Source: Trichoplax adhaerens (Eukaryota > Animalia > Placozoa). From it: DNA of 64,000 bases. Within the stretch, counting starts at the first letter, position 1. Each line of letters starts with the position of its first letter. Positions 28,301-43,300 of this stretch are shown here, in pieces. The stretch spans positions 690,272 through 754,271 of the forward strand of contig NW_002060958.1 of NCBI RefSeq assembly GCF_000150275.1. The letters are read 5' to 3'. A program made the position numbers and the translations under genes. The notes beneath the pieces were generated by a model, which saw nothing but the letters and a program-made list of their open reading frames with translations, had not been told where the DNA came from and did no database searches.

Positions 28301-31300
28301 TATGTTAGTAATCAGCAATTTTTAATATATTAATTAACAACATCTATTATTAGCATCACGATAATGTGCATTCATGGAAATTTAACTACAATAAATATTG
28401 CTATCAAAATAATTTAGTATGTATAGTTGCAGTAAAATAATATCTTATGTTACTTATGCGATGTTTTTGGTAAAGGATTCTTCATATGCACGCGTAAGGT
28501 ATATTATAAAGACTACATCAAAAAATTCTCTTACTTACATGCTCACGATGTTATTATTCCTCCTGATCAAACTTGTAATGTTATTTCCTGCCAAAGATCT
28601 AACTCATATTGAAAAAGAATGTATATTAACTAAGTCTATAGTTATTACTAATAATTTTCTTTAGACAATGAACATATTGTAACATTTCTATAATCGACCA
28701 ATAATCTTCATACATTCTCTGGATGCTGTTTAATTTATTCAGGACTTGATTGTTCAGGTCAATTCCATTACTTATCAGATTGTTATAACTCAAATCGCTA
28801 ATATTTTTCAGTTGACAAGTAATATCATCACGTCGTTAGTGTTTAAAATCTTAGACCATTTTATGGCTAGAATTTATATGAAATTAGACTTACATAGAGT
28901 TTAAATTGAAAAATAAATCATTACAGTTATCATTAATCGCGGTAATGTTATTTTTGGCAATGGATCTATAACAAAATTTTAAAAATTCTATTATCAGGAA
29001 AGTTACTTTTTAAGAAAGGCAATCATTTTTCAATAAATAAATACATCCAGATTCCCCTATAATACCACTATCAATGTTTATCATACTCTTATAGCGAAGT
29101 AAAGAATTCTAAACCATTATTTCTCTTATAATGCTTAATATATACGTTGATTCATTATGCAATAGGTAATTTCAATATAATTTGGGTATGACTTTATCTA
29201 AAGAGATGTATATTATACTGTAAGTGACTGACGACAAGAGGACCGCCAGTATTTTAAGTCTTAATATACTAGACATAGTATTTCAAGACTGTAAAAGCTC
29301 AATTTAACATCTTATTAAGATAAACCGGATAATTATACTTTAACTCTTTGTTACGGAGCTTGATGCTCCTCCGTATAATTAATGGTCAATTTACGATAGT
29401 AGAATAACTGTAATGATATACTGTCGTGTGATTAAAAGTATTATTAGGGATAGTCGTGTTGTAGGCTACAATCCTCAATTGTTGATTGATTATTATTATT
29501 GTTATATAATTAATCATTATTTATTTATGTCGAAGTAGGCAATAGAACTAATGGTGAGATTTTACCATAAATTTGTGATAAATAATTGAACTTGCTAATT
29601 AATATTAATTAGTAACAAGTATTAATTAGCATTCGGTTTAGTCTATAGTAAGCCTGTATTGCACATTACATAATTTAATGTGAAAGATTAGCATCGGGTT
29701 ATTTGCGTGACATATAAAATTGTATGTAAGCTTGATTATTAATTTTTAATCTTAGTTCCACTGAGGCTAAGGTATAGTACACTAGCACTAACGTAAATGG
29801 GCTAGTAATAAATATATTTATTAACCTAAACCTATCGTTTGACTCGATTATTATATTATAGGAATGAGTTTGTTTTCTGTTACTGAAGATCTCCAGAGTT
29901 AGTCAGAGAACCATATGAATAGATAGACTAGTTTAGGTACGACTACGAAAGTTGTTTTGTGACACTCTTATAAGAAAGACATTCAGTATAATCCTATATT
30001 TGGCTGTTAGATACGTTCTTGGCTGGAGAATTACAGTCTTACAATAAAAATAATATAAGTTTGCTGTCTCATCCTAATAGCCACCCTACTGTACTAATAC
30101 AATTAGCTGAAATCATCCCACATAATAATAACCAAGTATAAATTAGAAATATTTGAAAATCCTCAAGTTTAATAGTATTTCTGTTATATTTTGATAATTT
30201 TATTTGAAGTAAATGTGCATGAATAAGTGCTATAATGGATAGATACAACTTGATTACTAGAGTTAACCAAAACATAGATAATTACAATACTTACAAACTC
30301 TGAACAAATGGCAATCCGTCACACGATAGATTTTTTATGCTGTTTTGACTGAGATCACTAGCGACATAAATTAAAGAAATCAAATAAATGGCGTTATCAA
30401 CACCTTTCAAGTTGTTAATAGTATTACAGGAAGCTAGCAAGGGCAAACATATAAAAAGTAATTAAGTCTTTACATCACTGATATTTTTGAATCTTTCAAG
30501 TAGCCGATGGAAGTAAATTGATTTTCGCTTAGTAGTCTATATAAAATAACTTGGACTTAGGAAGTACACTTTCTATTCGTATCACTGTAATTAGGATATA
30601 AAATGCCTATAATGACGTCTAAATATACAAATATAGCAGAATAAATGAGAAATTATAGATCACGCTGTTGAGGTTACTTACAAATTCGTTACCGATGATG
30701 AAGCGAATTTTAAACCTTCCCACGATTTTAGTTTATTTCCTCTTAGAAATCTATATTGATGAAAAGGTATAATTTGTACAATTATTAGAGCGAGCAATAA
30801 TAAATGTTATAAAGATTACGTAGCTGACTATAGTCTGAAGATAGTCATAGAAATTTTGATTGCTTATTACAGTGGAGCCTCAGACTAGTTTAAGATTGCA
30901 ATTGTAGGATTGTAAAAAAACAGATAAATGGAACGTTGATTGCATGATTGCGTAAGTGTCTAGAGTAGACGATAATTACAGGTACATATGCAGCAATTCT
31001 ATTGATATGTTATTTCAGTAGTTCAAGATAAAAATAGATTGCGCTAAATATGTGATTACTGTGAGATTTGTTTTGAATCTTCTAATTAGAAGCTCACATT
31101 AGAAATAAATCGGACGATACTGAATTTAGAACTGATCTACCGACTTAACTGGCAAGATACGATAATGCTACTAAAACATTGCTTTGTAAATAAATGCGCG
31201 TAAACGATGAGTTTAAATGTGAAAATTTAGATTATTTGATTGAAGCTTCACAGTTCTTGGTAGTTGTTGAATAAATTTAATTTATATAATATAAATAAGT

Positions 31301-34300
31301 TTACATAAAAACACATTTTCTTATTTTGAGAAGACGCCTTTACAAAGCAAAAATTAATAGAAGCATCTTATTGCTACGATAAAAATAGTTTTAATTACGA
31401 ATTTTCTGAGACATGCGCTAGAATAGCAGTTTAACAAAAAGGATATTATCAAGACTAGAGGATTGCTGTATTAAAAGAAGAATGGATAAAATGGATGTTA
31501 TACTTACTAAAGTATTTGTACGAAAGTAATTAAGGAATTATTGAAAATGTTATAAAGATAAATGAAACTAAGTGACTAATATTTTTTAACAACCTGAAAG
31601 ATGATTTAGGTATCATGTTACACAAAGCTACTTTCAAGCAGATTCATTTCTTCTTAATATTATCTAGTCGGCTTCTTTGTTATAGGATATTTAACAAATT
31701 GTATGCCTTTAGATAATAATTGCAATAGTGTTGGTTTAAGATATGTCGGATTAATGGTAGTAATCAAATTAAATCTGTATTATTTTGTCAAAATAATATC
31801 TTACTGTGACAAAGTGTAGCTCCATAAATTATAAATTAGGCAATAATAATTAATTAACCCGGTTGTTTACCATTTTGGTAGACAACCATGGAGCACTAGT
31901 ACTAGTACTGGTTGTTTACAATTATTATAAATGGAGCAATCAACAAAGATTTAATTATATGTAGCTAGATATAGTATCGTTTAATATAGGATTAGCTTAT
32001 GGGAGCGCACTGCTCCAATAATTAATTACTCATATTGGTGCTGAGGTCAGACTCGCTGATTGGCACCATAATTGGTTGTTTTTCATTAGTGTTTTTTACT
32101 ATCCAAGCTCATACTAAGTCATGTTAATTGTCTGGGAGTAACTCCCTATAGTAACGTATACAATTTGTAGAAGGAGCAATTTACTAGTATGCCCCACAAA
32201 TGAGTGAGGATGGTATAAAAGACCGAGCGAATTGCCATTCGCCGGCAGTAGTCGCTCCGGGCTAGGATAAACTAGTAGAGACTAGAAATCAGATGACTGG
32301 TGAATAAAAAGTGCTAGTGGTGTGAAAGAAACCTGAGTAGTTGTGTGACTGTGAGGAAAGAGTTAGTTTTCCCTTAGAAGAAGACTTCCAAGTTAGTGGA
32401 AGACATACACAATTACTATAGCACCTGACATAACCAAATCACAAGTGGGATTTGTGACAATTACTAAAAGATCAGACGACAATAATATGAACTATATTTA
32501 TCATATCATAAGATTAAATGCTAATAATGATTTCCACTTACAAAGTTTTTAATTCATTCAATTTTTGAAATACAGTTTCATTTATTGAAGTTATCTTGTT
32601 GTACGATAGACTTCTAAAAAGTAAACAGAACATTTTATGACGCAGAAATTTTATCGGATCTTAAATATGAATTTTTAAGATTAGCTAGTGCAGGTATAAT
32701 GTTTTATTCATGTTATAATGACTTACAGAACTGACAAAGTCGTACGAGCATTCATGAAATACGGCTCAGAAAGTAATTCAATATTGTTGTTGGGTAAGTA
32801 CCTTTAAATTTAAGAAAATACATATTCATATCTCTAGACCAAGATAATACATATTGCCATTTTGAATTAGTGTTATATTATAAAATTTAGCCAATTACAA
32901 CATCTACATTGAAAGATAAAGTATTGATTTGTAGTTTGATTATAAGCCAAGATCTGATTATAATGAATGAAGTCTTTCGTCGATATGGTAAATGCAAAGT
33001 AAGTGTAGCATAGTATCCTACGGCTGAATCACATCACTTAAATCTAGAATAACGCCGTTAAAACAGAATTTGTTGTTATTTTAAGTAATTTAATGGTATT
33101 AACTTCAGAACCATAAATTATAAAGAATATTTGTCTCCAGCAATTGCAATTTCTATTAGAGCAGAAACGAAATAATTCCGACAAACATCATTCGTACGAA
33201 CAATTACTAGCTTTTTAGCGTAATTGCTAGCAGATATAGACTCTTACTACTAAAACCTAACCGAAATATTATTCAGAGAAACACTTGGTTATGTATGCAT
33301 AGAATAATCAGTTTAAACAGAGAATGATGTTGAATTTGTAGATATCAACTTAGATATTTTTCAGCACTACAATGCCATACTATCCATATTACCACTCCGG
33401 TAAAATACGAGTTTTAATATTTATCTTCCTAGATTCACTAATTAAAGCAAAGCCTTTAAGTGCATTATCAATTTTATCAATGTTGCAAGAGCAAATAATC
33501 GCTTATTCTAATAAGTTTTAGGTTATATTAATATAACCTATAAGATCTCTAATTACGGGAAGCAACATCATCCTGGCTTAACAGTTCTAAATTTAAAGTA
33601 ATATTTTAATAATTGGTTTGTAATCTTTTCTACATTAAGTGTTTGTAATAGAGTGATTAAAAATCAATGATTACGATGCCTGTCGTTATAAGATAAGTTT
33701 TAAGGTATATCAGACACTGTCTGTTAGGTTTAGAAGATTAAACGCCAGAAAATAAGTAAACATACAAATGCTGCAAGTGAGTCAGATTGGCAAAATCTTC
33801 TGATTGTAAAAATTTGATATTATTTATTCCAAGGTACCTGTATGCAAAAGGAAACAAAATATTATCTATTATCCACCTTTTAGATAAAATACAATATTGA
33901 GTATTTATTCTGGGATACGTTATTTCAGCTCAGTTATTAATGATTTATTGTGATCGAAATATTTCATAATTTCACTAAGTAAAATCTTGGAAAGCGCTTT
34001 CAAAATCTTCCTTATAACTATAACATGGAAATTATGGTACTTTGTTGATAGATACGTAAGTGACAGAGGTACAAGCTTAAAGCCCTAAAACATAGTAAGG
34101 GCAGATCTTTCCTCTGACTTGGGGGAAAAAGGGAAAATACAATAATTAATAATTGATTATGGCATAATAATATATGATGTGCTGCTATCGAAAGATTTTT
34201 CGTCAAACGCTATAATTTTTTCGTAAAATGGAAGTAGAAATATAAAATATTCTCTGTTACATCTAAAGGATATGGTTCTATAATCAATTAGCGACTAATA

Positions 34301-37300
34301 ATTAAGGAGGAATAAACTAACTACGCTAGACGCATTTTTAGAAACTTAAGTGGCACAACTGGTAAAATGAACTCAAGTATTTTTGTTTCGATTATTTTAT
34401 AATTTTTTTAATATTATGTATCATAATTTTAGCTATAAATATGTTATGATTACGAACAGCTGTTGTAGCTTTACTAAAGGCCGTATAAATTTGAGCTCTT
34501 CTAATTGGTTACCGCCCATGTTCCTAGAATTATAAAATTGAAGACACGGTGATGCAATTTTGTCACAGCTCCTCTAAACGATTTGATATGGTCTATGGGC
34601 TATTCTTACTTCTAGTGTGTGATATAAATATGCTTACAAAGATTTCAATTCCACAAGTGAATCTAACGCTTTCTCGTTAATTGATACTAGTCTGTTGTTT
34701 CTGAAAGACCTATTAAAATTGTCAGGTAGCACATTTATGTCTAAGATATCAAAAACATGTTAAAGCCTGCAATCTAAACAACAGTTGTACTTCATATCTC
34801 ATTGTATCAATTTTGCTAGTGCATTTGTAATCTATACGAGTCAACATATTAGGTTTGTACATTTAGTGATTTTCACTATTCAACAGTGCCAATCTATGGA
34901 CACTTTCACATTTAAATTAACTTACAATCTTTTCATGTAGTTTGGATAACGTAATGTTTTAAAAAAATCTTTATCCAACGTTCTGTATCTGTTCCAATCT
35001 AAAAAGCTGGTAAATTTGTTGTTTTTTCAATTTGATATTGTTTTTATCTGATTTTGTGACCAGGTTTTAAATTCCTTTATTGCAAAATACTTACAGTGAT
35101 AATAAGGAGACAGTTTTAGAAAAGTTAAGAACATAGGGTTCTTCCAATGCGTTGTATGATACATTTCTAATACCATTAATGAATGTAAGCTTAATTAAAT
35201 TCAAAGTACTATATTAATATAACTTATCTATATAATAATTTTAATAATATGCTATTTTTGAAATAATCAAATATAATATCATGTGCTTCAACCAGTTCCA
35301 ATATTCGACGAATGAATATCTACTATCAGGCTTGCTCATGTAGTGGGATATAAAATAGCAAGGTATATAAACCAATGACTAGTAAACTTACAACATAGAG
35401 CAGTCATAAAAGTTTAAATCAGTTTGTGTTCGTATAAGATTGCTAGATAAATCGCTAAAGGAAATTATATAAAATAAATTTAGTGTTAGATTTTCAGTAA
35501 ACCTAACACAATTAATTCCTCAAGCTAGAAGTGTCCATGCACTGTAGTTCCAGTTTTATTTTGCATTGGGCAGAGATTAATAGCCAAGCTAATCATTTCT
35601 TAATGTTCAGAATTAGAATAAATAAAAAAGAGCTTACATCTTATCAATCTTCTGGGATCCTGAGATAAAGTTTTTGCCACCAAGTCGATGTATGTTGGTC
35701 TTCGACAAGCCCCTGTTGAAATTGAAATTATTATTGATAACATCAAGCAGCAGTCATGTCGATTAAGTATGGAATCCTAAATTCTAGCTTAAGTTCTTAA
35801 TTCACAGTTTTTAAAGTTAAATGATGCGTATAAAAATCTAATTTATTCGTTATAGTCAGACAATAAAATAGTATGCAAATATCACAAACCAGCTTCGTGG
35901 CAAGGATAACGTAAAACAAATCTCTAAATTACTATAGTCTTCCGGGATTCAGTATCCCTTAACTACCTCACAAGAATTTAGACGCCTTTGATTCTACGTT
36001 AAACTCAGCTAGACAATTGAGAACTGCTTTATTTAACTATCTGACGGGCTTATATACCCTTCTACAGCAGCTAACATTCACAAGTCATCTTATAAAAATA
36101 CTTAGGTGAGAACATCTACTAACTAGTTTTTCACAGTCGGACTACAATATATCCATTCACAGAATCATTTCAGTACACATTACAGCACAGCATTAAATTT
36201 ACTGTAACACATTTATAATTAGAGTAATTCCTATTGTAAGTAACTAGTTGTAATATAATATCACTATATTATATTAACCAAATTTAGATAGCTATATCTT
36301 CACGGTAGTTCGTACCGTGACACCAAAAAATAAAAGTTATAGTTCTAATTAATGATGGAGTTTATGGCCTTAGTACATTTAAGAAAGGTAAAGCAGCATA
36401 TTATATTTCCAATAGCAACTTAGACAGTAGTGTAAGGCACATTTTAATCCTACTTCCATAATAGAAAAATTTCGCAAACTTAATATATTATAGCAGGGTG
36501 CTCGACTGGTATAAATAAAGATTATCAGTCTTAATTAAGTTTATTCATTAGACTACAGTTAGAAATGTATTTGAATTTTCTATTGAGTATATTAATGCTA
36601 GATTTATTCGCTAAATTACGTATTGGTCATTTTTACTAAGATACATAAATCACAGCATTTTAATCGAATTTTTCAGAAAATTTATACGCGATGACACACA
36701 TATTTTCTAATGGAATCTTGATTATTTTTGATTCATTGTAGCTACGCTTATCAGCATGAAGGATAATGCAAAAAACATATTTATATGCTCGTCTGTTTAG
36801 CTTAAATATTGATAGAATATAGTATTAAAATGTAACTAAGCATTGCTGTGATAGCTGATGAATCGGGAACAACACGATAACTGGAAGAAAAGGGCCATTT
36901 AAAAGTGTGTATTTCTATCCCCCTTAAATACTATCAGTAAGGCGTAAAGACCTTCTAGTTTATATTCGCCTCTAAATAGAGTATAAAGATATAAATCTAC
37001 AAGATAGTATAATGAACATTATTTTAGAATTCTTCTTCAAGGTGTTTTATTATTTTAATAAGTATTCTAGCTTTAAAAATAACTTAATTTGGCTTAATTA
37101 CAGTAGGTTTTACCCTAGCATTATAACAAATAATAATCGCGACTCCTTTATTCGGGTTAGAACTTAAGCATATTCTTTAGAACAATTTTGATCAGAATAT
37201 CACGATTTCAGATTGTAATTCATGCAATATATTTAGTCAGTATCGTACAAATTCTCTAATTATGATAAAAACTTTCAGCCAATTTTGATTAGAAAATATA

Positions 37301-40300
37301 GTAGAATTAATATTCGTTATTCAATACAAGGTTAACCCAAATTTTTCAATCTGGGTCCCAATTTAAGATTGTTAGTCTGTCTTAGTTTTTTGCTATAGTT
37401 ACATATTGTATATTATGAGAGACAGATCTCTCTACCGTAGAAAAGTACAATTCATGGACTTAGTAATATTGGGAATCTAGGATACAATTTATCCGATCAT
37501 ATGTGTTTAATTTCTAGTTTTATTAGGAATACATTAGAATAGCAATTTGATAGTCTGATACCGCCAACTACTCTGCGTAGCATGTAAGAGGTGATGTAGT
37601 TAAGTAGAAAAGTAGTTCAAGTCTTAGTTCAAAATACTAAGTTTAGATTAGGATTTACTTGAATTCGTGAGTAAATCGTATTTTAATTGGTATTCAGATT
37701 AGTTGAGGCAATAATTCTGCCATTATTGTAATTTTTATAAGTTTTTTGCTAAATTGTAAATAAACTGGTGCTATAGTGTTGAAATTCAATAGTTATCCGT
37801 TCTACTTAAACTTTTACGTCCTTTATTTTTATAAAATTATGGCCTTATGAACATTTTACTTTGCTATCCTTTGTGATTTAACAAAATTTAAGATTAGAAG
37901 GTTACAAAGAGTATGGATGCCAATCAATATTTGCTGATATCACTTACAAATTTTTTAAGCTCCTATTTTCAGGAAAGCGTAAGCCAAGAAAATTTGATAA
38001 AGAATTTCCATCTAAGTATCTATTAAACATGATTAAACTTTATAAATATCTATTGCTCAATTTTAAAAAATGTTCATTTTAATATCGTAACTTTATATGA
38101 TATCGAGATAAATGGACTCGATTAAGTTTTATGGTGGCATGTACACGATAGCAGTTTATTGCTATTAATTACATATAATTAGTCAATGGCTAAAGTTACT
38201 TCATTTAATCAGATACAAATTTTGCTTCGCTAGATATAGATCCACATTAGCTTGCAATTATACTTAAAGCGTTGATTTAATTTGTTATATAAGATATTTT
38301 CGTTTATTATTCTGGCTTAAAGATATCTCTGATCATCGTATCTTTAGACATATTACAAGATTTTAAATTAGCGGGAAAAATTAAGTCTATATACTCTAAA
38401 CTATTAATTCAGCTTCAGTTACTAAGATTTATGGTTACAGTTTTTAATAAAGTGTTACAGCTAATGTTGAAATTTTTATGATGTATTTCTAAACATAACA
38501 GCCTATAGCAATAATTGCGCTTATTTAAATCATAAAGTTTTGGTAAAACATTTTATAGACGAATACTCACAGTTGTTCGATTGATTTAAGATCATGAAAA
38601 GCGTTTATATCGACAGAATTGATCAAATTAGTTTTTAGTGACCTAGAAGATTTGTGTTAAAGCAGTTCATTCATAATTGATTATTATTGATATGTCTTGC
38701 AATGTATTCGTCATAAACAATTTGGTGCTCATTATTTTTGATTTCTAAAAGAAAAAATCTTATATCACTAGAAAATTGCTTCAAAATATAAAAGATAAGT
38801 AAACTCGTGAAATCCGTTTGAAGTTAGTAAAAGTACCACATTTTTTAATTGCAGCAACACTTAGTATAAAAATATCTATAGCACCTACATAATGAATTTG
38901 AACTACTACTACATGTTGCCATCGCTCTGAAAGCATTTTAGTACGAAGTAAGAATCAGTGACTACAGTAATGCTAATAGCAAATTAGAGTATTATGTAAT
39001 AGTCGTTGCATATATCATGTGATATAGTTTGAATTAATGGTAATCTCAGTTTTCAATAGGAATTTACAAAGACTGTATGCAAAAATAATATTGGATCAGT
39101 TTTTTCGTAACTATCGATGATTGTACAATATTCTTTTTATAAATTTATTTAAATAGTAAAACACTCTGCTTTAGTCTTTCTATACGATACCGTATACCGC
39201 ACCAATTACTAAATTATGACAATAATTAGAAAATTTGGGAAAGAAATTTGCAAACGAGGCATATTTACTATTGGTCTTTAATTGTTCAAACAGAATGAAA
39301 TGCTTTTAAATTGTATTACTTACAAAAATTTTAGATTCATTAATTTGCTTTGATTCCCAAATTCAACTTTTCGAATTCTGTTTTCACTTAATGTTCTGAT
39401 ATTTCAGAAAAATAGTAATAATTAAAAATACAGTCAATGACCTATCGCACTGCTATTTGAGATATTGTACCACTTGTAACTATCTTTCAGTACCTAATTA
39501 GAGCGATATCTTATGACTATTATGAGCAATATAGAAATAATTCAGTTTCGGTATAAACCTCATAAGCTTAACTGTTGCTTTGATTCTAACTTTAATCTTA
39601 GATGCTCAAAATAACAGTTAAATGTTCTTCACTTTAAATTTAGTAGACCCTCAAAAGCTAATGAGGTATCGCTTAGTGTTCTCACCTGATTAAATTAAAA
39701 TGTAAGAAAATAAACGTATTAACAGCGGTTGCTGTCTTTCTATTCTAATTTGTTTAGTTAAGGTTACTGACTTCCTTAAATGACCTAGAATTGAGCCACT
39801 ACCTTTTATTTGCTACTTATACTAGTTATTGCAACACATTTACATTCGTGCTTGTTACCGATTAGAGTACAATTAATTTAACAAACTATTCTTCATTGAC
39901 AAGTACTTCTACCGCAGAGCTATAGATTACTCGTAATAATCAGGAAACGAATTTTGGTGATGATTTGCTATTACTGGTTTAGTTTAATCTTTATTATAAG
40001 AATATCTGTTTCAGTGTTTTGTTCGAATTGATTTCTATATTTATTACTGTTCCCACAAGTAAGATGTACGCTTTCCTGTCTAATACAATGCGATCTTAAT
40101 ACTGAACACATTTTCATGATAACTATGCATCCTCGGAATATTTCTAATTCTTTTCAAGCACCTGGTAACTAGTATATTCTGCTAAATGAAATTTTAAGAC
40201 GCGCTATTTACGGAATATCAGCATTTATTTGTTTTTCTCTGGTTAGATAAGATAACTGTGCTTATTGTATTTCATTGATTCTGTGTAATGTACTGTAGAT

Positions 40301-43300
40301 TTATTGAAGCGACTACTGTGGGTTTTGTCTTGAGTATGAAGTTTGCAGCATGTGTTTCTCGTTTTCGCTAGCTTAATGAAGTCACGTCAATTAATTACTA
40401 GGGTGTTATGGTATTAACTTGACGTTACGACAGTTTAATAGTAAAGTAAAAGCTAATATGAAAAATATCCATATTTGTAGTGCTACGTAAGATAAGTAAA
40501 TGCCCTAAGCTAACGTGGATATTATTTGCGATAGTTTATTACATATTTTATATTAATTTTTATTATGTGCAGTTAGTAGGAAGATAATTTAAGTTCTAAC
40601 TAATGATAGTCTAATTAAATAACTGTTACGGAGCTTGTTCCATGTGTTTTATGATAATTGGGAATAATATTGACCTCTTACAATATAGCCGGACTATTAC
40701 TATGCTTAGCAAAAGACGTAAAGTGCTTATTGCTATATCGATAATTAGAGCACGTATAATAAATACCAAGATGAGGGAAGCCAATTATTTATCGATGCCA
40801 CCTTGGAGAGGTAATACGTAGCTGAGGTAATACGTAGCTGATGTGATAATTAAGATTACGCAATAAGCTATACTAATGTAAAATAGCACCTAAATAGGCT
40901 ATAAATATTAATGTTGTAAGATTTATAAAGTTACAATAATTATATTATATCGGGGAAAAAATAAGTCCTAGCACCAGCAATGACAGTGTACAGTCATAGA
41001 ACTATATATAAACAGAAATATTTGAGTTAAGTTGTGTGGTGAAAAGTTGTACATATGTCCACTCTAACAAAATTTCTAGCTTTATAGTACTTTGCTGTGT
41101 GCATTTAATGTTTAAGTCAGTAGTTACTTTCACTGTATGTTTCCTTATTGAAGAGTATAAGTGGTGACATTTAGGGTTATTCAAGGTCTATTTATTTAAT
41201 ATTTTCAGAGCAATGCATTTCGTACTATATTTTATCCTGTAACTTTTCCTCTGAATATTACAAATCACGATTTGTGGCGACAACCTGGCATAAAACATGA
41301 ATTTTGGTATACTCACTAGTTCTTAATGCAATCATGTTTATTACCACTTAAAAGGTAATGAATTCGATATGTATCTTCTTTGATAAGTACCTCTAAAGCT
41401 TAACTATAGATTATCTATTACCTAGCGTGAAAATTAAATTTCGATGCACTCACTAGTTCTCAAATAAATACGATTAATATTGTTCTCATCGTTTTCTACA
41501 TGGAATTATTATGGTTTGATGAATATAAAGGTTAATTAATTTCAAGCTTATATAACTTTGATGTAATCCAATATTTAACCTTATTTCGTGTGGTGTTCTA
41601 AAGTACTACACGTATCTTACTTTGTAAAACGTCTCCTTTAACTCTGCTTGAAATTTATAAAATAATGCTTTTGAAGCTACTATAGTTTTACTTTAGTCTA
41701 CTGCAAACTGATGTTTGCAACTTGGATCACCTTCAAGCTATTTAAAGGTTTACCCTTATACTTATATATTAATAGCAACTGTTACAAGCTGACTAGCAGT
41801 ATACTATAATCATAATCATCATAATATGTTTAAATACTACTATTACATACGTACAAAGTTTGTAGGGAAGTTATATTAAAAAAGGGTGCCAGTTCAGAAA
41901 TCATGTTATCTGTTAAGTTCCTATTTAAAGTGTATAGATGTATTTAATCCTTTTGACCTTTGACAAATGTAAAATAGGAATCTTAAATAATCATTTAAAA
42001 TAAAATTAGAAATTTTCTTTATCAATGAAAATTTAATTTTTAATAGTGAATCAATAATACTCACAGGATTAAAAGTTTGGAATAGCTTATCCAAACGCAT
42101 TAATTAGACTAAGAAATAGGTATACTAAATGAAAAGCATATATTTTGATCTTACAAAATCTGTAGCGAATGCTGGTGCTTGAATGCAGTAGCAGAAATGT
42201 TGTTGATGTTATTTGAGTCCAAATTTCTGATTTTCCAGCAATTAAACATAAATAAATGTCAGTTACGTGGCTATTATCAAGTATTCTTTCTTATTTATTA
42301 ATGAAATCCCTTTATTTAGGAATGTGATAATAAAATATGTAGCTCGCTTACGTTGGGGTTTAAATTTTTAGTATTGCACTGACTAATTATTTAATTACTG
42401 TCATACTAACAAAATTTGCAGTTTCGTTAAATTCTGAAAATCTTCAGCATTGATATTAGTGAGCTCATTCAGGTCCAAGTTTCTATGCAAGTTGCAAATA
42501 AAAATATTAACTGTAAGGTATTTGATAATTGTAAGAATATGAAAGACAGTAAAATAAATAAGCGCATATTCCGAACACTGCATATAAAAAACAAACATCC
42601 CATTACATTACCTAGTGTGGAATCTATCAGAGAATTGAATTACTCTATTCCTATACTCGCAATACTAACGCATTCTAACTATTACTTTACTAATAATAAT
42701 TTAATAAAAATAGTACACGTTTATTTTTTACTACATATCTTATCGTAAATATTTTTCATTTTTTATTTTTTACTAATCATTTCACTGTATGCGATACGTT
42801 ATCGCGTATTATATTCTAGAGGTTATATGTTGTTTTCTGGTTGTTTGTAAAGTTTTGATTCATGTAATTTCTGTAATATTCTATATCATTCTCTGCCAAA
42901 TATTAATTACTGACTCAAGTTTCCTCAATACATAATTTTAACGTATCCGAAACCTATATAAAGAACTGTATTCGGCCATATACATTAATTTAGCTTATGC
43001 TAGAATCTATATCTATTATTCTAGGTATACAGCTATACAGTATCATTTAGGTTTATATTAGAATATCTTGATCTAGACTGACGTTATATAGTAATGTTTA
43101 ACTTTTGGATAAATCCTAATACCGTTTATGTACGTTATTTCAAAAACAACTTTAAATTTACTTAACTCGCTATACATTTGGCCCAGATTGATGTCGATTT
43201 CTTTAATAATCAGCATAATTTAAGATATCGATCGATAGAAACAAGCCTGGACCTACTGTATATACTTAATTGCAAGCGCTTCTAGCAGTATTTGAACTGA

